NCBI GenBank assembly: GCA_030141605.1
Contig: JAQGDQ010001623.1
Coordinates: 1 to 32,150 of the forward strand
DNA: 32,150 nt
Direction: 5' to 3'
Source: Tubiluchus corallicola
Taxonomy: Eukaryota > Animalia > Priapulida
Positions within the stretch are counted from its first letter, which is position 1, and each line of letters begins with the position of its first letter. The position numbers were made by a program, and so were the translations under genes. Below the pieces are notes generated by a model that saw only the letters and a list, made by a program, of their open reading frames with translations, searched no databases and had not been told where the DNA came from. Shown here piece by piece: positions 23,303 through 32,150 of the stretch.

Positions 23303-25540
23303 TAGCAGTAGTCAATAGCCACTCGACAGAACAACAAGTTCTTGGGAAAAAACTGGAATCATCTGCTTGCACAACTTTGTCTAGCACCCTATAGCAGTAA
23401 CTAATAGCCACTCGACAGAACAACAAGTTCTTGGGAAAAAACTGGAATCATCTGCTTGCACAACTTTGTCAAACACCTTATAGCAGTAACTAATAGCCAC
23501 TCGACAGAACAACAAGTTCTTGGGAAAAAACTGGAATCATCTGCTTGCACAACTTTGTCAAACACCTTATAGCAGTAACTAATAGCCACTCGACAGAACA
23601 ACAAGTTCTTGGGAAAAACTGGAATCATCTGCTTGCACAACTTTGTCAAACACCTTATAGCAGTAACTAATAGCCACTCGACAGAACAACAAGTTCTTGG
23701 GAAAAAACTGGAATCATCTGCTTGCACAACTTTGTCAAACACCTATAGCAGTAACTAATAGCCACTCGACAGAACAACAAGTTCTTGGGAAAAAACTGGA
23801 ATCATCTGCTTGCACAACTTTGTCAAACACCTTATAGCAGTAACTAATAGCCACTCGACAGAACAACAAGTTCTTGGGAAAAAACTGGAATCATCTGCTT
23901 GCACAACTTTGTCAAACACCTTATAGCAGTAACTAATAGCCACTCGACAGAACAACAAGTTCTTCGGGAAAAACTGGAATCATCTGCTTGCACAACTTTG
24001 TCAAACACCTTATAGCAGTAACTAATAGCCACTCGACAGAACAACAAGTTCTTGGGGAAAAAACTGGAATCATCTGCTTGCACAACTTTGTCAAACACCT
24101 TATAGCAGTAACTAATAGCCACTCGACAGAACAACAAGTTCTTGGGAAAAAACTGGAATCATCTGCTTGCACAACTTTGTCAAACACCTTATAGCAGTAA
24201 CTAATAGCCACTCGACAGAACAACAAGTTCTTGGGAAAAAACTGGAATCATCTGCTTGCACAACTTTGTCAAACACCTTATAGCAGTAACTAATAGCCAC
24301 TCGACAGAACAACAAGTTCTTGGGAAAAAACTGGAATCATCTGCTTGCACAACTTTGTCAAACACCTTATAGCAGTAACTAATAGCCACTCGACAGAACA
24401 ACAAGTTCTTGGGAAAAAACTGGAATCATCTGCTTGCACAACTTTGTCAAACACCTTATAGCAGTAACTAATAGCCACTCGACAGAACAACAAGTTCTTG
24501 GGAAAAAACTGGAATCATCTGCTTGCACAACTTTGTCAAACACCTTATAGCAGTAACTAATAGACACTCGACAGAACAACAAGTTCTTGAGAAAACAATT
24601 AGAATCATCTGCTTGCACAACTTTGTCAAACACCTTATAGCAGTAACTAATAGCCACTCGACAGAACAACAAGTTCTTGGGAAAAAACTGGAATCATCTG
24701 CTTGCACAACTTTGTCAAACACCCTATAGCAGTAACTAATAGCCACTCGACAGAACAACAAGTTCTTGGGAAAAAACTGGAATCATCTGCTTGCACAACT
24801 TTGTCAAACACCTTATAGCAGTAACTAATAGCCACTCGACAGAACAACAAGTTCTTGGGAAAAAACTGGAATCATCTGCTTGCACAACTTTGTCAAACAC
24901 CTTATAGCAGTAACTAATAGCCACTCGACAGAACAACAAGTTCTTGGGAAAAAACTGGAATCATCTGCTTGCACAACTTTGTCAAACACCTTATAGCAGT
25001 AACTAATAGCCACTCGACAGAACAACAAGTTCTTGGGGAAAAAACTGGAATCATCTGCTTGCACAACTTTGTCAAACACCTTATAGCAGTAACTAATAGC
25101 CACTCGACAGAACAACAAGTTCTTGGGAAAAAACTGGAATCATCTGCTTGCACAACTTTGTCAAACACCTTATAGCAGTTACTAATAGCCACTCGACAGA
25201 ACAACAAGTTCTTGGGAAAAAACTGGAATCATCTGCTTGCACAACTTTGTCAAACACCTTATAGCAGTAACTAATAGCCACTCGACAGAACAACAAGTTC
25301 TTGGGAAAAAACTGGAATCATCTGCTTGCACAACTTTGTCAAACACCTTATAGCAGTAACTAATAGCCACTCAACAGAACAACAAGTTCTTGGGAAAAAA
25401 CTGGAATCATCTGCTTGCACAACTTTGTCAAACACCCTATAGCAGTAACTAATAGCCACTCAACAGAACAACAAGTTCTTGGGAAAAAACTGGAATCATC
25501 TGCTTGCACAACTTTGTCAAACAACCTATAGCAGTAACTA
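23303..25540. repeat. 89-bp minisatellite, about 25 near-identical copies
   Basis: Unit TAGCAGTAACTAATAGCCACTCGACAGAACAACAAGTTCTTGGGAAAAAACTGGAATCATCTGCTTGCACAACTTTGTCAAACACCTTA. Confidence 0.97.
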
Positions 25541-27123
25541 GGAACCAAATGAAATTTAGAGAATGGGAGCAATTTTCCATAATCATCAATGGTCAAAATT
25601 TACAAGCAACTTGATAGAACAACAGCACTTAAGGCAAAAATTAGAATGATGTCTGCTGGACTGCTTCGCCATGGAACCTGTTGCTGTGATTGTTTAAAAA
25701 CCAAAGGGAAATAATAATCGAAAAGAAAACGTACTTTAGCATTCTTAAATGTGTTTACAAAAGGAAATGTTGTTTCTCGAATGAAAAGAAATCTGCAAAA
25801 ATCAACATAAAAACAAAAACTGTTAAAAAAGACAAATAATGGCGGCGGCAACAACAATGACGACGAAAATAATTGCTGGCAGTCTTGTGGTTTCTTTACG
25901 AAGAAGCTAGTTGTAGTGGAGATGACGATGATGATGATGATAGCGAAGACGATCATGACAATACTGAAACAAAATAATACAATGCTTGTTTGTAAAATAG
26001 CCCAGTTCTACATAGAAATGTGAATGGTTCCCAGTCGAGGAAGAAAAAACGTTTCTGCATTCAGTGATTACCTGATTCAACTGTGAGAAATCTACAAGAA
26101 ATCTACAGAAATCTAGAACACGCAAATTCGTTTGTTCGTCAACCGAAAAACATTTAAATTTTACAATGTGCATTACAAAAGCCCACAGTGATGTGACATC
26201 TAATGATTTTAATCATTATTTTACCACGAATAGGTTAAACTGGTACTATAAATCAGACTATTAAATTAGTTGTAAAATTTCTTTAATCACAATAATAACG
26301 GATTGGGGATCGTGAATGCTGGGTATAGGAAACACAGGACAAAATCTTGTCCTTACAAAGTACGAGGATGGAAGAGAAAGATAAATTATTGCTGGCACCG
26401 AGCCAAGATTACAGCTGCAAGATCTTCACAGATATTCATAAATATTTGCTCAAAACTTCATGCAAGATAACTAGAGAATTTTTGCTGCCAAATTATCAGT
26501 GGGGAGGGGTAATGTCCATGGAGATTTTATACCACTTACATTCTACATTTTCGTATGCATTGCTTGCGTCGGAAGTAACGCTGTATAAAACGTGTAAATT
26601 TGAACTCCAGATGACCGTTAGGTGAGGCCATTTTAATCGTAGGTCGTTTGAAAAAAGTTTTGATAACATTAAATAAAGTTTGAAAAAATAATCAGAGTAT
26701 TCGTAGCATGAACGTGCTAACTAAGTAAACTTTTAAATTACTGAATCTTGTCAATAAGATTAAAAATACGTTCTTGGCTAGTGAGTGGCGCACCCTGGAG
26801 GGTGAATCAGTGACATTTTACCAATTGGCACAAACATTTTAAATTATTAGTCTAGTTATTTAGGTCATTCCAGCACGTTAAGTGAAATGCTAAGTAATAT
26901 AGTTTTGCATGGAAAGTTTTTTAGATCATAATTTAACATTTCCTTTTCTTCCCCTGATTTACGTGGCGTCGGAACAGTATTGCGGGAGATTTAAAATGAA
27001 AACAAACGAAAATTCTTTTCGACGTGAATACGATATTTACATAAAATTACTGTAAAGTAGTATAATTTTTCAAGGTGATTTTTCTGAAACCTACTTCAGG
27101 TGCCCCTTTTCTTGTCCTTTAAG

Positions 27124-27168
27124 CGCTCAACCAACATTAGTAGTTGTCCAGAACAAGCCCAAACCAGT
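27124..27168 (+). CDS. Candidate downstream 45-nt linker exon (AQPTLVVVQNKPKP-V)
   Basis: Pyrimidine tract plus AAG at 27123 (an in-frame alternative CAG lies at 27099), donor GTCAGT at 27169. Phase 2-2, compatible with exon 21980-22111. Its 3' end resembles the end of exon 20115-20289 (QSKPKPV). Confidence 0.42.
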
Positions 27169-27200
27169 GTCAGTTAATCACCAAATTCACTAGATTAGAA

Positions 27201-27420
27201 CTATACAAGGTGCTTGTTTACTGTTTATACCATGTTCAGAGCAGACTGTACCACTCTATACAAGGTGCTTGTTTACTGTTTATACCATGTTCAGAGCAGA
27301 CTGTACCACTCTATACAAGGTGCTTGTTTACTGTTTATACCATGTTCAGAGCAGACTGTACCACTCTATACAAGGTGCTTGTTTACTGTTTATACCATGT
27401 TCAGAGCAGACTGTACCACT
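27201..27420. repeat. 55-bp tandem repeat, 4 perfect copies
   Basis: CTATACAAGGTGCTTGTTTACTGTTTATACCATGTTCAGAGCAGACTGTACCACT x4. Confidence 0.96.
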
Positions 27421-29238
27421 AAACAAGCTAAGCAGTTAGCTGGGGCAACAAATTTTAGAAGTCTCTAATTTTTAAGTTTAGCATAAGTGATAACAATTAT
27501 GAACAATTGTGCTTAATAAACCAAGAGGGCTAGAACATGCACCAATTATACGCTACCGTTATACTTTATAATATTGTCACTACAAATTCAATTTTGGGGG
27601 GTATGGTGGAGGCGGCAGCGGGAGAAGGGATTGAGCGTTGAAGAGAGGGCGCTAAAAACTCTACGTGGAAAAGTGGGCGCTAAAAATTCTACCTGGAAGA
27701 GAAGGCGTTAAAAAGTGTTTGCTTAGAGCACCCCAATTTGCCTAGAGCCGTCCCTGACCGTGTTACATTTTTATACAGTCACAAAACAGAATATAAACAC
27801 TAAATTTAAGTAGGACACACTGGAACACTATAGACTATCCTGTTAAGTATAAAGGAAACAGACAAGAGAGATACGTGGAGTAAACAAAGCTCGACCACTT
27901 CTGGAAGTTGTCCATAATAAACCCAGTGTAAGTGATAGTCTTACAAATCAACAATTGTTAAGAAACTAAGTGTCCAAGTCTTTGAAGTAGTTAGGCGTAA
28001 TGGTAACGTATAACTTGAGAGGGAAGTTTTTTTGCGACTTGAGTTACTATAAAAAGTACTAACACTATAAATTATAATAAATTTACTATATAGTGCCTTG
28101 CGTTATTGTACTGCTGTAAATGCCAAATTAAGTCAGCGTAAGTTGACAGCGAGGCTGTAATCTCGGACCAACCAGTGAGTTTAACCACCCCTAAAAGACC
28201 TCAAGAACAAACCAACGGAGGTGTTGGTAGACTCAAGATCACGTTTTATAAAACTTTGCCATTGTTTCTTCTTCAGACGAAAACATTCAAATGCTGCATG
28301 TTGTAAATTACACTGACCACCAGGGACAAATAATGTGCAAACATCTCACCTAGTGGTTTAGAGAGTAAGCAGGCAGGGGACGAATACGAAAGTGCAGCAC
28401 AGTTTAAAAATAGCAAAACTCATTGAATAGTCAAAACACAACTTTCCAACCCAGAGATTATTTATTTATTATTTGGATTACTTATGTAACTGTCACTTCA
28501 ACTGTGTCTTAGAACTCTAGAATTGTTAAGGAGCTAAGTCATCAAACTTAAGCAGGTCATAACAAGAGATGGGAGAGAAATTGTTGTTGGGTAAGTGGTG
28601 ACATGGGGGAGGGCAGTATAAGGTCAAAGTTTACAACAAGTAAGGACTATGAGCGGCTGGACAAACAAAGGTACTCCTCTTACTGTACCAAGTGAGGAAG
28701 TGACATTGGAGAAGTGGTCAGTGACCTTGAGTGGGTGGATTAAAGTCAAAGGAGATGAAAGTTTAAAAACTACTAGAGAAAGGAGGTTACAAAACTGCAA
28801 GGAGCTCATTGACAAACATTATGCAACTCATAACAAGAGGTAGATGAGTAACTAAGATGGGGTATTCAGTGACTTTGAGTGGGTGGTTCACAGGTAAAGG
28901 TGACATCAAAAGCACAACGGCAAAGAATTCGGAAAGGAAAGGTAGATAACTTACTGTACCAGGTGGAGAAGGAGATCGATGAAGTAATCAATGACTTTAG
29001 ATTAGTGGTGGAAGAGGAAAGGATGCTACGATTTAGAAACAATTATAAGAGACAATTGCATTAAAATGGTAAGCGGGAGTTGTGTGCCTGAACTGATGCA
29101 ACTTATACGGTTGAAGGTCAAAAGTCACAACAATTTCAAAATGTGGGTGTTTAAGATGACAGGCTGTCGTTCCAAAACGACAAGGAGTTAGGAAAGCAGA
29201 AGCTTACAACGCATTGTACTGGTGGGGCAAAGAACGTT

Positions 29239-30655
29239 GGTGACTTTAGTTTGTGGTTTAAATTCAGTGAAAACTCAGCTTTCTATAGGTGACTTTAGTT
29301 TGTGGTTTAAATTCAGTGACAACTCAGATTCTCTATAAGTGACTTTAGCTTGTGGTTTAAATTCAGTGACATAGGTGACTTTAGTTTGTGGTTTAAATTC
29401 AGTGACAACTCAAATTCTCTATAGTTGACTTTAGTTTGTGGTTTAAATTCAGTGACAACTCAAGCTCTCTATAGGTGACTTTAGCTTGTGGTTTAAATTC
29501 AGTGACAACTCAAGCTCTCTATAGGTGACTTTAGCTTGTGGTTTAAATTCAGTGACAACTCAGCTCTCTATAGGTGACTTTAGTTTGTGGTTTAAATTCA
29601 GTGACAACTCAAGCTCTCTATAGGTGACTTTAGTTTGTGGTTTAAATTCAGTGACAACTCAGCTCTCTATAGGTGACTTTAGTTTGTGGTTTAAATTCAG
29701 TGACAACTCAACTCTCTATAGGTGACTTTAGCTTGTGGTTTAAATTCAGTGACAACTCAAGCTCTCTATAGGTGACTTTAGCTTGTGGTTTAAATTCAGT
29801 GACAACTCAACTCTCTATAGGTGACTTTAGTTTGTGGTTTAAATTCAGTGACAACTCAGCTCTCTATAGGTGACTTTAGTTTGTGGTTTAAATTCAGTGA
29901 CAACTCAAGCTCTCTATAGGTGACTTTAGTTTGTGGTTTAAATTCAGTGACAACTCAGCTCTCTATAGGTGACTTTAGTTTGTGGTTTAAATTCAGTGAC
30001 AACTCAAGCTCTCTATAGGTGACTTTAGTTTGTGGTTTAAATTCAGTGACAACTCAACTCTCTATAGGTGACTTTAGTTTGTGGTTTAAATTCAGTGACA
30101 ACTCAGCTCTCTATAGGTGACTTTAGTTTGTGGTTTAAATTCAGTGACAACTCAGCTCTCTATAGGTGACTTTAGTTTGTGGTTTAAATTCAGTGACAAC
30201 TCAACTCTCTATAGGTGACTTTAGTTTGTGGTTTAAATTCAGTGACAACTCAACTCTCTATAGGTGACTTTAGCTTGTGGTTTAAATTCAGTGACAACTC
30301 AACTCTCTATAGGTGACTTTAGCTTGTGGTTTAAATTCAGTGACAACTCAGCTCTCTATAGGTGACTTTAGCTTGTGGTTTAAATTCAGTGACAACTCAA
30401 CTCTCTATAGGTGACTTTAGTTTGTGGTTTAAATTCAGTGACAACTCAACTCTCTATAGGTGACTTTAGTTTGTGGTTTAAATTCAGTGACAACTCAACT
30501 CTCTATAGGTGACTTTAGCTTGTGGTTTAAATTCAGTGACAACTCAAACTCTCTATAGGTGACTTTAGCTTGTGGTTTAAATTCAGTGACAACTCAACTC
30601 TCTATAGGTGACTTTAGTTTGTGGTTTAAATTCAGTGACAACTCAACTCTCTATA
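29239..30655. repeat. 49/50-bp minisatellite, about 29 copies
   Basis: Unit GGTGACTTTAGTTTGTGGTTTAAATTCAGTGACAACTCAACTCTCTATA. Confidence 0.97.
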
Positions 30656-30960
30656 AAAGACAGTTAACAGAACTACGTTGAGTGACCAATAATGACGTAG
30701 CCAGTGATACAATATGATAAAATGTGCCTGCTTTTTTACAAAAAAACACATCACTTGCAACTTATCATTAAAATTATATCTGCTGCTAAAAGAGTTTTTC
30801 CCAATCTAATATCACTTTATTGAGAAGTAAGTTTAATTGCTGTAATTTCAGTTAAATTACTGCAGTAAAAACAAGTTCTACCTCAGGACTAAAGGCAAGA
30901 TTACAAGATGGTTTTTAGCCCAAATTTTAATCATAACATCTTCAACACACAACGCCGCAG

Positions 30961-31409
30961 TGTTCAAGTTGCTACAGTTACTGCAGCAGCTGCCGGCAGC
31001 GCTGCAGTCGCTCTTGATGATTCAGAGCCTATTAATTAACGTAATCCTAATTAGTGCAGATCTAACTGCAAGATATTCAAAGTTTTACAAAGTAAAAGCC
31101 GTGTCTCACTGTTTCTTATTTATCTCGTAAATTTTGGAAGACTTTGTAAGGCTTTGAATAAAATAATCTATTCTTTAATTAATAAATTAATTAACGGCTC
31201 TAACGTGGCAAGGAGAGTAGGACCTTTTAAATGATTTGCATATCATATAAACATAAAAAACCACTTGATAAAAACAAGTTTTATAGTTTTAATTGATGAG
31301 ACCCTACGCTCCTTACCTACCGCCCTGTTACTAACTAAAACTAAAACTAATTATCACTAATTATCACTAACTATCTCTAACTATTGCTAAAACTGCTGCA
31401 GCTTGAACA
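30961..31409. mobile_element. Possible degenerate MITE (about 450 bp)
   Basis: TGTTCAAGTTGCTACAGTTACTGCAGCAG at 30961 matches the reverse complement of 31381-31409 at about 21/29. No clear TSD. Confidence 0.33.
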
Positions 31410-31895
31410 TGTGACACATCAAATTTTCCGATGATTGTTTATGAATATTTTTCTAACATTTTTGAAATTAAAACAACATGGAAGTCTTAAAATTGCTCAA
31501 GTAAGCGGATTTTCAACAAATTTTGCTTTCAGAACTGGATCATAGAAAATGTCTGCACTACAGTAACTTAATGATTACGTTTTCAACTCAAACTGTCTTG
31601 CATAAATTAGTGCAGCAGATATAATAAGTAAACCTTAGCTAGCATAGGTCTACTGATTAATTGCAAGTGAAACAAGTGTGTGTGGTAGTGGGGGGGGGGG
31701 GGGGTGTCAGGTCACTAAACAGTTTGATCACAGGAGACGAAAAGTAAAAATTAAACAGAGAAGTAAATAAGACTTGGAACTATTATAAACAACGCAGACG
31801 TGTAAATGATAGAAATGATTTTGTAAATGAAAAATCTAAAAATTAAAAAAATCATTTTACTTCTTTTACTGTCGTGTAGACTACGATGTAAAAAA

Positions 31896-32150
31896 TTGAA
31901 AATGGCACACATTTATAAGGTATCCTGTTTTACAGTTTGAAAAAGGCACACATTTATAAGGTATCCTGTTTTACAGTTTGAAAAAGGCACACATTTGTAA
32001 GGTCTCCTGTTTTACAGTTTGAAAAAGGCACACATTTGTAAGATCTCCTGTTTTACAGTTTGAAAATGGCACACATTTGTAAGGTCGCCTGTTTTACAGT
32101 TTGAAAATGGCACACATTTGTAAGGTCTCCTGTTTTACAGTTTGAAAATG
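31896..32150. repeat. 41-bp minisatellite, 6 or more copies, running off the window end
   Basis: GGCACAC at 31904, 31945 and onward. Unit TTTGAAAAAGGCACACATTTGTAAGGTCTCCTGTTTTACAG. Confidence 0.95.

Noticed and set aside
23401-25596. Series of near-identical 62-113-aa ORFs
   Set aside because: The 89-bp unit shifts frame with each copy, so these are artefacts.
27595-27756. Transposon-end-like GCCTAGAGCCGTCCCTG with short internal repeats
   Set aside because: No matching opposite terminus or TSD was found.
28277-28365. Possible next exon after TTCTTCTTCAG (phase 2: VRKHSNAACCKLH*)
   Set aside because: Early stop and no finger motif. It cannot be distinguished from a chance acceptor.

Overview
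AT-rich eukaryotic (animal-like) genomic DNA with canonical GT-AG splice sites. Nothing prokaryotic is present and there is no CRISPR array. The window contains scattered + strand exons of a spliced gene encoding two tandem C2HC-type (MYT1/L3MBTL-like, zf-C2HC) zinc fingers. The clearest exons are 19547-19593, 20115-20289 and 21980-22111. Candidate upstream exons are 1-70 and 4544-4570, and a candidate downstream exon is 27124-27168. The ORF track misses this gene. The first finger is split by a one-base frameshift in a G7 run (20137-20143). Skipping exon 19547-19593 gives an alternative open frame from the ATG at position 1. The introns hold about 15 unrelated minisatellite arrays plus microsatellites (roughly half the window), a complete short RTE-derived retroelement with a 13-bp TSD, a tRNA-derived retrocopy flanked by direct repeats, and degenerate 5S rRNA-like repeats. 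The long ORFs in the track are repeat artefacts.
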